A stretch of DNA of 64,000 nt, from the NCBI GenBank assembly GCA_013239625.1, contig MU053594.1, positions 2,112,127-2,176,126 of the forward strand, in the 5' to 3' direction. How positions within the stretch are numbered: position 1 is the first letter of the stretch; each line of letters opens with the position of its first letter. A program made the translations under genes and the position numbers. Source of the DNA: Lama guanicoe. Taxonomy: Eukaryota. This document shows, in pieces, positions 26,261-40,567 of this stretch. The notes under the pieces are model-generated. The model was not told where the DNA came from. It ran no database searches and worked only from the letters and a program-made list of their open reading frames with translations.

Positions 26261-28844
26261 AGATTAAAGGCAAACTATCTACATATTCTCTACTCTAAAA
26301 ACTAGCTTGAAACTTCATTCAAAAAATGAACTGGCATCTACTCTCTCTTTCCCTCAGCTTCAATGTAACTTATTTGTATGTCGTAAGTTCTACCACTGAT
26401 TCAGGGCTAAGGTCTTTCCCCGGTGATCTCAAACAACTACCTGGAAATGTGAGCAGTGAAGAATAATTTTTTAACAGCTTTACTGAGATTTAACTAGCAC
26501 AACCATGCAGTTCACCCATTCAAATCACACAGTTCAGTGTCTTCTAGGACATTCACATGGTGAATGATTATTTTTTAAAATAAGAGTGAAAACAGTCTCT
26601 GAGTTTGGAAACCATCAATTTGTGATTACGGTAGGATGCAACACAGAGGTGGTAAAAAAAAAAAGCAATTATTACACCTTGCATAATTCGGTTAAAATAT
26701 TTCCTTAAGAAAATCCAGCTGGGGACCACGTTAGTGGGCTTATAGGAGTAAGAACGAAATCTGTAACTCTCAACGTCACCAAATGTACAGACATCTCTAG
26801 GGCGCAATAAACATTTGTTAAATGAATAAAATTTCCAACTATCTAGTAAATACACTGGATATCATCCCAGCCCATCATAGCCAACGTGTTCTGCATGGAA
26901 CACATTACCTACTGGCTTCCTCTGTAACTTCCTCATTCCTACCACGGGCACCAGTATTTTCCTCATAGTCGTCCTTGACAGCTGGCACTCCTTCACTCCG
27001 TCATGTTCTGTAGATTTTTCTTGTAATTTCACAGCTGTAAATTCACACTCAGGACACAATTCCCCTCCTCTTCTCAGCCCACCTGAAAACCTTCCTGCAG
27101 TTAGCCTCTTGACGTTCTGATGCACGTGGTGTGAATCACAAATTTAAGTCTCAGTCCAGACTCAGTTCACAAACACAGACTGGATCTACTGCATAAAGAG
27201 TATTAAAAATACTCTCTAATTAAGATAAACAACAACAGCCATTAAGAAATAGTTTAAAAAATGCCTCCTGAAGGAGACACACACTTCTGGTACAATCTTG
27301 TTATCTTTCTCCTTAATACTTATTATTTTTATCCATAACTAAATCTAATTTTTATTTTTAATCTCCAAAATTGGATCAGAATGCTCATGTAATCCTGGAG
27401 ACCTCCTTCTCATCACACATCTTTCAGAGACTACTTATTTTTGGCACTGCAAATCAGTTAGCTAGTCAGGAATTTGTTCTAACTCTCCTGTTCTCTCAGG
27501 CAGTATAAAAAGATAATGAATGCATCTTAGAACTGTAAGAGAAGATAAATATGTCATGGTTATTCTCTGCAATAAGCTCTATTTTATAAGATTTTCTGCC
27601 CTTTGCCATTATTACCGCCAGGAGTTACTAGTTAGGTGTTTTCTGAAATTTAGACTCCAGTTCCTAATTTTAGCTAGATACAGCATCATCATAAATGTGG
27701 ACTAGTTTGAAAAAAGATTTTTAAATAGTTAGGTGAAGCTTTAATTGAAGCATTAGAAATGTATTAATCTGATGTGAAAACCATAAACATGCCCTAAAAC
27801 TAAGGATAACAATGAAAATAGAAACGTTAGGATTTTTTTTAGTGTCTTAAAAACAAACAATAAACAAACTAGATTACTGAAACTAGAGGAGACAAGTCAG
27901 CCTGCAATTTATATTGCAAAATTCTGTTTTTGCTGGCAATAGCCTGAATTACTTTAGCTTTTATAAATCACCTCTAAAACACAGAGTATCTTTTTAAAAA
28001 ATCTTTTTACAGTTACAAACATAAGTGCCTACCAGAAAGCAAATTTTAGGCAAATCTACCCTCCCAATCCTGCAAAGGATTTTGGTTAACTTTATAACTT
28101 CATAATAATTATTACTATAATATAATAGTGAATAAAATAGAGAAGCAACACGATACCTTAGGAGAGTCCTTAGGAGAAAGAACAGGTATCTGAAAGCCCC
28201 ATGTCCCTCTTGTAATATCAGCATTTAATAGAAACCCCACTGCAACTGTGATAGCTTTGTGCTTGTTCCACAAGATTGACTTAAGTCTCCAGCCCCATCA
28301 AAGTTTCCATAAGGTTGTGTGAAGGCAGAGTTAAAAGTCTTTTAAATCTTAGACGTACCAACAGAAAAGCAAACGAGAGCATCAGTTGTGAGTCTTTATT
28401 GTGTCTACTACATGCCAGCGCAACAGCTGCAGCCACATTTCTCCTGCCCTGCTCAGTCTGGAACTCTCCAAGGTTCTGATCCTTAAGGGTGGTCTAGTAA
28501 CCTGGAGAGCAGTTGTTGGAAAACCAAAGTCCATGGAAAACAGAACTGTAGACTAAGTGGTCCTCTGCCATTGCTAAATCTTGATTCTAATACGTCAAAC
28601 CCACTTTGGCATTAGTCAGATCACTTCATCCCATCCCTGGTCTACATCTGCCTCACAGCACCCTTGGTTCATCACCAAATCCTATGAAATTCCTACAGTA
28701 TTTGGATCTATTCCTTTCTTCCTTGTTTCAACCATTCTCTCAAGTCCAATATTTTAGAAACAGTGTTCAATGAATTGTGGAAGAAGGGTCAGATTTAATT
28801 TAATCTTGGTTTGTTTGGTTAGGTTAGAGTCAATGCAATGGGAG

Positions 28845-30027
28845 AAAAGTATTTCTCTCAACACTTTAAGTATTTTAGTCTACTCACTTCTTGTTTGCTT
28901 GGTTTCTCAGGAGAAGCTGGATGTAATTCTTAACTTTGTTCCTCTGTAGGTAAGGTGTTTTTTCCCCCTTGTTGGCTCCTTTCAAGATTTTTTCTTTATC
29001 TTTGACTTTTTTTTTTTAATGCATTTATGCTGTTCGGTGTTCTCTGAGCATCCTGGATCTGTGGTTTGGTGTCTGACATTAATTTGGGGAGAAATTTTCA
29101 GTTATCACTACTTCAGATATTGCTTCTATTCCCTTCTCTCTTCTCCTCTACCTTTCCCATTACTCACATGTTACACCTTTTGAAAATTTCCGATGGTTTC
29201 TGGATATTCTGTTCCACTTAAAAATGATGTTTTTTCCTCTTTGCATATTGGTTTTGGAAGTTGCTACTGACAAATCCTTCAGCTCCAAGAGTCTTTCGTC
29301 AGCCATGTCCAGTCTACCAATGAGTCCATCAAAGGCATTCTTCCTTTTTGTTAGTGTTTTTGACTGCTCCCATTTATTTTTGATTCTTTCTCAGAATTTT
29401 CATCTTTCTACTTATATTATTCAACTGTTCTTGCATGTTGTCCACTTTTTCCACTAAAGTCTTTAGTGTATTAAACATAGTTGTTTAAAATCCCCCAGTT
29501 TGATAATCCTAACACCCCTGTCATATTTGAGTCTGGTCTGATGCTTGTTCTGTTTCTTCAAACTGTGGGGGGTTTTTTTGCCTTAATTAATATGCTTTGT
29601 AATTTCTGATTGAAAGCCAGACATGATGTGCTGGGTAAAAGGAACTCCAGTAAGTAACTTCAGTGGTGTGGTAGTGAGATGTGGGGGAAAGGGAAGTGTT
29701 CTATAGTTCTTAAACTCACAGCGGTGTCAAGCCCCCCACCCTGCCCATGACTGGGCCCCCCTGGAGTTTTTAACCCAGACTTGTCCACATTGAGCTTCCA
29801 GCAATTTGTTATTTAGGTTTTTGTACCCCAGTACTGGTTCCTTCCGAGGACTCGGCTTGTGGAATTCAACTCTGGTAAGATGTGATTCTCTGCATTTTCC
29901 CGTCTATCCCTCCAATTTTGGGGGCAGTGGTTTGCCCTGTGTTGATTTTTTAGTTTGCTCAGCATTTTACTCTTTGTTAGGATGAAGCAATGACTTCCAA
30001 GCTCCTTAGATGCCAGATCAGAAACCA
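28845..30027 (-). mobile_element. Old L1 5' region / ORF1 relic (L1M4/L1MD-like)
   Basis: TTTGTTCCTCTGTAGGTAAGGTG...TCCTGGATCTGTGGTTTGGTGTCTGACATTAATTTGGGG...CCATCAAAGGCATTCTTC resemble recalled antisense L1 5' consensus. Confidence 0.7.
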
Positions 30028-30494
30028 GAAAAAAAAAAAAAGTTTCAAATGTGCAAATTCCTAAGACTTCTTCCTCCCTCCTAGAAAGTTCTCTGAATCC
30101 CCCAGGCCAAAGACAGAAAAAAAAAAGAAAAGATAAGAGTAAGATGATGCTATCAGTAAGAGTTCTCCTTTTCCAATTATATGCATCAGAATCACTCAAA
30201 GCAGTCAGGCCACCAGGAGCCGGAGAAGAAAGGCAGCTTACAATATCCTGACTGCTATCCCATTTCCCTAACAGAAGGTGCATGTGAAGAGGGAACGTTT
30301 CAAAGAACTGTCAGAATTAATCCCCCAAAGAACACCAGGAATCTTATTTCACTCTCTCTCACACTCCAGTCTGCTCAGCACCAGTTCATACTGTCCCAAC
30401 CTTTTCCTGTGGTAAAAACAAACAAACAAAAATAGAAAAAGTCAGAAAACATGATTTCCCCTGTGAAATTCTGAAAGTCTTTCAAAAACAGTTT

Positions 30495-30690
30495 CAGAGT
30501 ACAGGCTTCGGAGTTACAATGCCCGGGTTCCAGATCCAGTGCCACCATTTACAGCTGTATGACCTTCAGCAAGCTACGTTTCTGTGCCTCGACCTTCTCA
30601 ACTGTAAAACAGAAGTAATAGCTGTACCTAGCTCACAAGTTCTTTTAATGAAGATTAAATAGTTAAACACTTAGAACCTGGCACATGGTG
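30495..30690 (+). mobile_element. MIR
   Basis: GGGTTC...GCCACCATTTACAGCTGTATGACCTT...CTGTAAAA...GATTAAAT...CTTAGAACCTGGCACATGG. Confidence 0.7.
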
Positions 30691-30704
30691 TCATCGACCG
30701 AAAT

Positions 30705-31415
30705 TCCTGTCAATTCTTGAATTTAAAATTTCTCTTTAAGCAGACCACTTACTGCCACCTGCGCTGCCTCCCGAGTGCAAGCCATCATCCTCTCTTGTCT
30801 GGACCTTGGCAACAGTCCTAACCAGGCTCCTCGCCTCCACTGCAGCTCCACGTCAGTCTGTTCTCCGGATGGAAGTCAGAGTGACCGCTTAAGAACTAAG
30901 CCACACCTCTGCTCAGAGCTCTCCGACGGCTTCCGGTCTCACTCAGTACAAAACCCAGAGTACGTACGATGGTCTGTCAGGCCTCTTAGGCCTCCATGGT
31001 CTTACTCACTCCCTGTCCCTTCCCATGCCTCCTTTTCCCCTCCTCCTACCATCCTCCACCTCGCTCTGCTCCAGCCACACTGGGTTCCTACCTCAAAGTC
31101 TTCGCATTGCTGGTCCCTCTGCCCAGACGTCCGCGCTGTTGTCTTTCCAGCTTAATTCAGATCTTTGCTTTCGCGTCTGCTCATCAGCAAGGTCTCCCTC
31201 TAACCAATGCCCATGCTTTATTTTTCTTTTTAGCGCTCTTCGTCACTTGACACTTTGCATATCTGTTTGTTTACTGTGTTCCTTCTTCTCTCAGGATATA
31301 AATAAACTCCATGAGGACAAAGATTTGAACAATTTTTTCTTATCTCCTGAATCTAGACCAATACTTGGCATGCAGTTAAGACTTGATAAACATTTGCTGA
31401 ATTAATGAATAAGTA
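30705..31415 (+). mobile_element. L2 3' fragment
   Basis: CAAGCCATCATCCTCTCTTGTCTGGAC...GCTCCAGCCACACTGG...TAAACTCCATGAGGACA...TAAACATTTGCTGAATTAATGAAT. Confidence 0.75.
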
Positions 31416-31604
31416 AACATTCACTATTATTACCCCACCTGTGACACTTTCTTCATCCCCAATTATTCCAACAGCTTCCAAATAGGACTTTAAGCCTCTG
31501 GTCTCTTCTGTCTCCAATTCATCTTATATATCACTAGATTATTCTTATTAAATGGTGCTTTCATAACGTTACTCCTCTGCTCAGGATCACTCCTACCCGA
31601 CTTT

Positions 31605-31872
31605 GGCAGTTCCTCAGTATACTCTGCAAGATGATAGATGTTATGTGACAAGAGAGACTTGGTGATTCAGAAAATGTGGAAAATACAGGATTAGAGAAAT
31701 GTGTGTTATTTTACCAGAGAACTTCTCAAAATCTTTAATTACTAATATGCACCGTCAATCTCTTGGAGAAGGATTTGCTATTTGCTCTCTCTTTGTGACT
31801 GCAGAATGAATCCTTTTCAAGGAGCAGGTCAAGGACTAGCCTTTGTGAAACATGCTGGAGGAAATACTGGCC
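31605..31872. mobile_element. hAT-Charlie MER (MER103/MER112-like) relic
   Basis: GAACTTCTCAAAATCTTTAATTACTAATATGCACCGTCAATCTC resembles the recalled core; CAG...CTG ends. Confidence 0.45.
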
Positions 31873-32689
31873 TGTGGAAGTGTCTAAGGCCATTTTCAGA
31901 GTGGCCATCAGGAGGGCTCTAAGTCAGAAAGAAAAGAACACAGTTGTCTTTGACGGCCTTCCCGTTTCCTTTCCACAACCCTCTTCCACATTCTGCGGGT
32001 TCTTTTCTTATCAACAGAGCTTATTAATAAAAAAAAAAAACTCAAAGTGCAGATATGTGTATTGGCATATATATTTGACAAGAGCCTTCTGGGTTTCTAA
32101 CCTACTTTGGTTTTCCTTTTGATCCATAAATAATCTTGTTCTTCAATGAACATATGTTATATTTTGAATCTTTTGCTTGCATACTGTATCAAGCAAAGTG
32201 AGAGTCGCATAGTAGATACTCAATATTTTTAGATTCATTAGTATGCACAAATTCAGCAAGATACAGGCCATGCAAAGTGTGACACGCCTTACTAAAAATT
32301 AATCCTGAAAATCATATTGGGTAACACAACTTGGATCGTAAATGTATTAGGTTTAGGCTTTGGCAAGAATATTTCTACTGGTACTAGACTCTTCCATGGT
32401 ATGCTCACGGCGAACAAGGAGCTTTCTTTAAATTATATTCCAAACTTTGCAAAAATTTTACGTGACTGAACACTCACTGTCTTTTTTTTTTCATGACAAT
32501 AATAAGAAGCACTGAAATCAATGCTTTCATTACTGAAAATCTCTGAGGAAGGACTGTGTCTATAAGAATTCAGAAAACGGATCCCAAGAGGTATACACTA
32601 GATACAATTCAAGGTGCCTGTCTGCCACGCCCTTTAGGGAAAGTGACTTTGTTTTATATTATATATATACATTTGTATTCTATATACCA

Positions 32690-33850
32690 TACCTCCCTCT
32701 CCAGGCCATAGCTAACTGGGGAAGGGGCGTATACTTGACCCAAAGATAATTATAGTAAACAACCTTTCATCCTGATAGAACTCCAATTTTCTTCAGGTAA
32801 AAATCCCACAGTAATTTTCAAAATTTTCATGGACAGATACATTTGAACAGAAGGACTTTTCTGGGTCCCATAAATAGACCACCATTCCTTTCCACCCTCC
32901 GCATACAAGGCTTCATCTACCACGGAGGAGAATGACTCCCATCCCAGCTCCAGGGATGGGCCTGAGTTCGTCTCTGGATGACCACATTCCGCTCGCTAGT
33001 GCTGGGTGTAGAAATGATATATTCTGGTGGCTTCTCTTCCTTACCAACGGAGTTTACTAACCCAAACAAATCTCTAACTGCAAATCTGGTCAGTGAGACA
33101 TGAGGGAAAATCTGCTCATTTCCGGAGCAGACTTTAGGAAAAATGTCCTCACTCCTAAGGAAAGGCCACAGGAAGAAACGGCCACTTCCTTTCCTGAACG
33201 TTGTTGTATCTCAATGTGATGCCTGAAATGGCTGTGGCCATTTTACTAAGGATAAAGCCAATGCCAAGGATGGTGGGGTGAGGGGGTGCAAAGAACTCGG
33301 GGTGCTTGGTAAAACACTGCTGAGTCTCCCATCAGCCGACTCTAAGGGCTGCCCTTTCTCTGAACTTCCTGCTATGGCAGATAATACATTTCCTCCTTTT
33401 CCAGCCAATTTTAGTCAGGTTTTTATTACTTGCAGCTGAAAGACTGCTGGATCAGAAAGGACGTTATGACTTGGATTGAGGGAGTTGGTGAATCAGATTC
33501 CCTCTCCTGGGAAATACGAGGACTGAGACACAGGGAAGGAAGCTGCCAGTCAGTTGTGAGGAACTGAACTGAAAAAGTATGTAAAAACAGCGAACTGGAT
33601 TAAGCCATTATACAAGGAATAGCAGACAGAGGAAGCCAGTCAGGAGAGAGAGAAGAGGGATGAAGAGATGCGTAGCAAGAAACAGAGGAGCCATCAGAAA
33701 GGACAAGGCTGCTCCTTCAAGAAAAAGACACTATTTTAGCTTTCTAGTTCCTCTGCTGCCCAGCTAAGCTTTCTGTACCATGAATCACCACCAGACATCT
33801 CTGTAACCTAACACCGTGTTCTTCTTCGTGACAGGTTGAGTGTGTTCTCT
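32690..33850. mobile_element. MLT1 (J/K-like) LTR sequences, probably nested
   Basis: CCCAGCTCCAGGGATGGGC...GGTCAGTGAGACATGAGGGAAA...TGTGATGCCTG..ATGGCTGTGGCCATTTT...TTACTTGCAGCTGAAAG at ~32860-33445, with further LTR-like flanks. Confidence 0.6.
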
Positions 33851-35984
33851 GCTTAAGAAGCCCGGTCTTAGGACACATGAGGGTTCATGGAGAGGGGAAA
33901 AATCAAATTAGACTAAAATTGCAAAATAAAAGGGGCCCAAAACAATGGATGAGGGATGAAAAAAACGGACACAATGATAGTAAAATCTAACAAATAAGAT
34001 TATAAAGGCAAATAAGAAGTGAACAAAAATGATCACATAGTTGGTATCAAACAAATTGGCAACTAAAAGAGATCAGGTCATGTTTAAGTATCAAAGATGC
34101 TCTATACACAGCAAAAAGGTATCCAGGTCCCACACTAGATTTTCAAATCTTTTCCTGACACATTTTCACCTTTCATCTATTCTTATGCTTCCGGAAAAGA
34201 ATGCCAGGGTTTGACGTTTTCTCTCTGCAAACTTTCTCCCATCTGGCACCTCTTTCCTCCACTCCCCCACCATCCTCCACTCCCCCACCAACTGGGTTCT
34301 GCTGGTGTTATTCCATATTGGTCCTGATGACATTCACCTGGGTTTCCGGAATACCTGTCAAGGTGATCGCCACGGCTCTGGGATCCCCTAAATCCAATAT
34401 AACCTTTCTAAAGCAGAACTCTGAATAGGTCATTCTATTTAAAAATCCTCAACAGCCCTTCCGTGTTCATGGCGTTAATGAAGCCTGCATTACTTCTTAG
34501 CCTAGTTAGTACAGAACCTCCACAATATACGGTTTAACCCCTTTAGGCCCTTGCTGTCTCTTCCTATTTCACCTCCTCCTACTATCCACCTTTCCTCTCC
34601 CTTTGTTTTTCATATAAATCTGAACTGCTTTGTTTTTCATATAAACCTCATAATTTTAAAACTTCGTACTTTAGCTCATGCTGTTACCTTCCTCGGAAAC
34701 TTAGCTCCCCCCATTCTAAATTCTCTTCCACTCCAGTTGGCAGCACAAAGGAGTAATAGATTTTTAGAAAGGGCAGCATATTCTAATTAATAAAATCAGC
34801 ATATGAATGGATCAGAGTAGATACATGTAAAGTCACTCTGAGGATGACCAAGTCAGTAACACTTTACTGAAACAGAAAGGCAGAACGCAGCCCAAGTGAG
34901 AGTTTATCAGCGAGGGCAGTCGCACTTCAAATGCTACCCAAGGGCACCGGTCAGAGACCAGATCCTTTCAACAGTCCTTCTAAGTTCCAGCTCAAATGCC
35001 TTCTCATTCGAAAAGTCCTGCCTCGCTCTTTAAGCTTTGTCATTGCTGTATGAATATGCTCATCTGTTCCAACACAGTAGGAAAAAAAATCACATTTTAT
35101 TCAATTCGTAGTCCACAGCATTAAGAACAATGACTTGTAAGTAACAGATGTTCAATAAATATTTGCATAAATCTATTGGAGAACAAAAAGGGACAGTGAG
35201 GTTTCCTTTTCCATCTTCAGGCTAGAGTAATAGGAAAGCCTATCGAAAAAGTTGCTACTTCTCTCTCAAGGAGAATGTGAGTTAGCTAAACATCTAGTTT
35301 AGAGTGTAAAAGTAATTAAATGTGTGATATTACACTGAGGGAGGAACATAAGTTTCTAAGAAAAGTTAACTGAGAAAATTGAATGGGAACTGAATTGGGC
35401 AACTAGCTTACTAGCAACTCAAGTCACAGTTTCAGAGCATGAGCATTTTATTTTACTTGGAATGCCAAAAATCACTAATAGTAAAGATCACGTGTCATGT
35501 TAAGGAATGATGCAAAACAAAGTTTCACATCGGACCTTTCGAAAATGTTAACACGCAGCTCAGAACCAAACTGAATGGGTAATTTCGCATTATGAATAAT
35601 GTGTCCCTGCTTCCTTCCATTAATGAGTTTCTCTAAAAAGAGATTAAAAAAAATGGTGATAACTAGCATGTCAGTTACTCTCATAGAAACTGGTGAGTCA
35701 CACATATGGAGAACGGGTAACAAACTTGCTTGAAGTCATTAGAATAACCAGGACAAAGTATCCTTATGTTAAGGCTTATCAGTATTTGCCTCTGCTGAAC
35801 AAAACTATCTGTATCTGAGTACATTTAGGATGTTAAACTTTCTGGGTAAATTGAGAAAGAAGACATTCTCTATTAAATAAATACCTACTAATAACAAGAG
35901 ATAGTTAAGAGCAGTATGTTTTGGCTGACCATCTTGGTTCACAGAGGTACAGGCTTTGTTCAAGACAGCAATCCATCGATGTTA

Positions 35985-36255
35985 TTTCTCTCAATTCCTT
36001 AATAAACATTACACAGTATCTACAACATGCTGTGGGCTAAGCACTCTGCCAGGTACTGGAAATACAAACATAAGTAAGAAACATTTTTGCCCCCACGGAG
36101 CTTGGTAGTAGGGGAGACAGATCTCAAAGCATATAATTATAAAATGGCAAGAACTGCATTGACAGCTACGCGTAGACCATTATGGGGGCACAGAGAAGGG
36201 ACCTTTGCCCAACCTACCTAGCATAAGGGTCAGGAGGGGCTTGGTGGAAACACCC
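35985..36255 (-). mobile_element. L2 3' fragment
   Basis: GCCAGGTACTGGAAATACAAACAT...GCCCCCACGGAGCTT..TAGTAGGGGAGACAGA. Confidence 0.6.
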
Positions 36256-36634
36256 TTGTTCCTTCAGTAACATCTATCACCACCATCATGATCACCATCA
36301 AAAGCTTCTGTATACGCAGACAAAAAAGTAAACAGCAGATTCCTGACACAGCTTTTAAGCCATAGTTAATAGAAAAAATAGAAATGAAAAAATTATTGAT
36401 ATCTATTGACTTATGTAGAAGTTTAAGATGTCAGATTTATCTGGTAGATAAGGTGACCAAAGGAACAAGAAAAATTTTTTTAATCTAAATATTTAATTTA
36501 AAAAACCTTTAGAAATTCTCTGTCCACCATATAGCGTTTATTATATATGATAAAAATATATTTATTTATATATGAAGGACCTGCTGATAAATCTAATAAA
36601 TTGTTGCATTGCAGAATTTTTTTTTATTTTATAG

Positions 36635-36770
36635 GTTTTTTTTTTTAGAGGGGGGAGGTAATTAGGTTTATTTGTTTATTTATTTATTTTTAGAAGCAGT
36701 ATTGGGGATTGAACCCAGGACCCTGTGCATGCTAAGCATGTGCTCTACCATTTGAGCTATACCCTCCCTC
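36635..36770 (-). mobile_element. tRNA-Ala-derived SINE (vic-1-like)
   Basis: Plus strand reads GGGGGAGGTAATTAGGTTTA...TGGGGATTGAACCCAGGACCCTGTGCATGCTAAGCATGTGCTCTACCATTTGAGCTATACCCTCCC, flanked by T-rich tracts. Confidence 0.9.
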
Positions 36771-39379
36771 TTTATTTTTTTTTAGTTTTTTTTTTCAGAT
36801 TTAATGTTAAAATATTCTGATTAACTTTTTTCGTAAAGGAATTTATATTCTGAAGTCAGATTTCATACTCATAATTATTCCCTACAGAATCTGCAACCAC
36901 AGTGAAACATCAAAACAGCCCTTACCTGGGAAGGGAAATTTTACCTCACATAAACATAAAGTCATACTCTCCATGAAGCTTTTGTACCATACTCCTCTAA
37001 AAGTGTGAAGCTGATGGGTGTACAGATTCTTAATAAGACGTAACAGATGGACATGGTTAGTGAAACATGGTTAAGACTGAGGAGAAGCAGTTGATGACAA
37101 GCAGAAAAAAGTACAATTCTCACTTGCATTTGGGTGTGGGGAACTAATTTAAAAGCTATTTGAGATGCCTGTCTTAGACTTGTAAAATAACACAAGCTAA
37201 AAAGTTATTTTATACTAATTAAACACAGCACAGTATTAAAGAATTTACCTTTCATTTCAATTGGGTGTTTATGCATATGGAACTATAAACAGAGCACCAA
37301 GTGACAAAATCATTCAACTAAGTCAAGAAATTAAGTAAAGAAAAAGATGTAGGTAAACAGTGCCAATTTCGGCTAAAGAAGGTGATAATGACCAAATACG
37401 GTTTGAATCGTAATGACTAAAATCTTGGTGCATTCTATCCTGCAGAGTACAGACCTGCAGCACAGGACATCATATAACAATCAGAGATTCCAACACGCAA
37501 ATGAAATGTTTAGCAGAGAAAAGGAAATCAGCTGCTGTAACCTTGACACCTACGTTTTTTTTTCTTTTTGTTTTTTTTCCATAAAGATTCACCCCATTTT
37601 TGAAGCTTCTCTGAGTTTTTTCTCTCCTTTAAACATGTTTATTTTCTACTGAAAAATATTGACATAACACAGCAGAAATTCCTTTAAGAAAGAAGAATAA
37701 GATCATTGTTATGGAGCAAAAAATATTTGCTAACATACTTAATCACAATCATTCACCTAAAAAAATGTCTGTTTTTGCTTTCCTCACAGTTTTTTTTCAA
37801 ATTCTTAACATTGGATCCCATCTGATAACTGTCTACAGAATTCTAAAGGACAAGCGCAGGTGCCAGTCAATAAAACAGAATAAAGCAAAGTGAAATCAGA
37901 AAGCCATTCAGTCTATATAGACAGATAACCTATAAATTGCAGGTAACAAGGAAGGGGAGGAGGGAAGAATCAAGAAGAGAAAAGGACAACTCACATCACA
38001 GAAATCCCTAAGCTTACCCCACAGTGACCTTAAAATTACTGGCTGGGACATTTAGGTGCTGCCACTGAAACTGGATTGAATCTACTTCCTGATATGATTC
38101 TTTGGTAAAAATTGGCATCATGTTGCTACAACTGACTGTGATTCGTTATTTTAAGTCTTTAGAAAGCTTCTGTGCAAGGCAGCGTGTACGTTCTTGTCTG
38201 TATCTAATCTGATCTCCGTCCTGTGAGGAAGACAAGTCTTCATCAAACCAGTGTTAGAAAGCCTCTCTCTGAAAACGCCCAATTCCCCTTCCCGTTGCCC
38301 TTCTGTTTGGACTGTCTCTTCTCTCTCCTGCTGTTGGCACAATTCTTCTAGTACAGAGGAAGGATGGTACGAGGGCCGAGAATCGGGTTACTGAGCATTT
38401 CTGAGCTAAGGACGAAGAATGAGAGGCTGCTTTTCTCAACCTATGGTTCCCAGAATGACTCCAGAGATGACAACACTGAAATCCAAGTCTGAATTTGGTT
38501 TTATAATGTATACTGTGATTGGAGGATCTCCAACTAAATTGCCGTTTCAGAACTGAAGAAACAATGGTCCTGTTATCTCTACTGCTGGATGGTCTCCTGT
38601 CTGTCCTGCTCTTGGCGTGACCCTTCTGGTGGAGGGGAAGGGCAGGTGGTCCCAGGGCTAAGAGTCAAGTTACCGAGCTGTTGTGTCAGTACCACTGAGC
38701 AGGAGGGAAGAGAGACTGCTGTGTCTTCCCAGAACATCTGGAAAGACTCAGGATTCAAGGCTGGATTAAACTTCAATGGTTGGTTCAAGGAAGCCATGTC
38801 ACAGCTTAAAGCTCCTCCTTGGATCTGCGGGTCTGGACAGGGAGGTGATGCTCAAGGCTCTGAAATTTCTAAAAGTTGGCCCAGAGATGACTCTGGCCCA
38901 CTTTGGGGCTTCCAAAAGTTCCAAAAGAAAAAAAAAGTGAGATAATCTGACATTTATTAAGGATTTGTATGTAACAGGGACTAGGCTAAGAGATGGAAAC
39001 ACAACCGTGAATAAAAGAATTTCTGGTCTCAAGGAGAGTTTAAGGAAGGCAAGAGGTGAAATATAACGTTTGGGTATTATGATGCAGATGTGAGCCAAGT
39101 GTGGATGGAGCAGGAAGAGCTGGTACCCACCTCTGCTCAATCTACTGGGAACTTCCTTCTTTTCTGAAGTACTGTCCTAATCTTTAATTTAGACTTCAAA
39201 GTCCTCTATATCACAACCAGATTTTCCCAACATTGCAAATATTGCCAGTCCATATGGAATTTACTCACACTTCCACGATGTCACATGTACCGTTCCTAAA
39301 GTCACGAATGTTCGGCATCCTCCTACCCATCAGTCCTTATTATCTGCGTACTCAAACCGTGTAGCAATGCAGGGTAGCA

Positions 39380-39860
39380 TAGTGGTTCTCACACATCAGT
39401 GTTCAAAAGAATCACACCGGGAAGCTTGTTAAAAATGCAGAGCCCTAGATCCCATACCCAGGAAATCTGATTCAGCAGACCTAGTATGGGACCCAGAAAC
39501 CTTTTTATATAGTTATCCAATATAATTTATACACATTGGGTATAAATTATATATATAATATATACAATTACATATAATTTTGATGCCAGTTGCCTATAAA
39601 ACATAGTTTGAAAAACACTATTATTATGGTTAAGAGTATGAGTTCTTTTGGTTAAGACATCTGGGTTTGAATCCTCCTTTTCCACTCACTAACTCGTTAG
39701 CATGAGCACATTTTATTTTATCACTGAGTCTGCCTTTCTTGACCTATATGAGGATGATAATACATTCACCCACGTGAGGTTTAAATGAAACAAGGCATAC
39801 AAAGCAGGTAGAGCGCCTGGCGTGTGGGAATGAGCCAAGAAATGTCAGTTATTGTTACTA
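39380..39860 (+). mobile_element. MER5-like relic (~39380-39620) followed by MIR (~39625-39860)
   Basis: AGTGGTTCTCA...AGAATCAC...GCTTGTTAAAAATGCAGA...TCTGATTCAGCAG (MER5). TGGTTAAGAG...CTGGGTTTGAATCCT (MIR). Confidence 0.65.
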
Positions 39861-40218
39861 GCAATGTTAACAATAATTTAAAAATTTGCTTTCCTAATCA
39901 AGGCCGTCTGAATCTGGCTGGTTCTGTCTCTCCAAGCACTTACATTAGTTAGATGCCCTGTTATATGGACTCAAGTTACTCTCGTTCACATCTAAGTGGC
40001 CTGTGTTTCCATGATAACTTGTTCAAAACCGAAGTGGTGACCCCAAGGCAGCCCCCAACCCCAAGACGCTGTATTAATGACATGCTGTCTATCACCAGGA
40101 TTCTTGGCAAAACTGCACACTAGGTGCTTTGTTTTTGGTGTCCTTTTAATTCTTCCCCTCCCTCCATGCTCCTACCCCACATACGTATGACCCATTTGAC
40201 TATAAAAAGATGTTAACA

Positions 40219-40567
40219 GGGAGGGAGGGAGGAATGAATAGATGGAGCACAAGGGATTTTTAGGGGAATGAAATTATTCTGTAGGATACGATAGTGGTGG
40301 CTACATGTCATTATGCATTTGTCAAAACCCACCGAATGTACAACATCAAGAATGAGCCCTAATGTAAACTATGGACCTCGGTTGATAATAATGTGCCCAT
40401 GCTGGTTCATCAATTGTACCAGATATGCCGCACTGATGGGGAATGTTGAGGGTAAGGGAGTATATATGTGTGGGTGGGGAGGGGTGTGTGTGAACTCTGT
40501 ATTTTCTGCTCAATTCTGCTGTGAACCTGAAACTTCTCTAAAAGAATAAAGTCTTAAAAAAAAAAAC
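40219..40567 (+). mobile_element. Old L1 3' end (L1MC1/2-like)
   Basis: TTTGTCAAAACCCA..GAATGTACAACA...CCTAATGTAAACTATGGAC...AATAAAGTC plus A tail. TSD GATGTTAACA at 40209-40218 and 40568-40577. Confidence 0.8.

Noticed and set aside
29813..30283. Longest ORF in the track (156 aa)
   Set aside because: Partly within an L1 5' relic, crosses homopolymer runs, and shows no recognisable domain.
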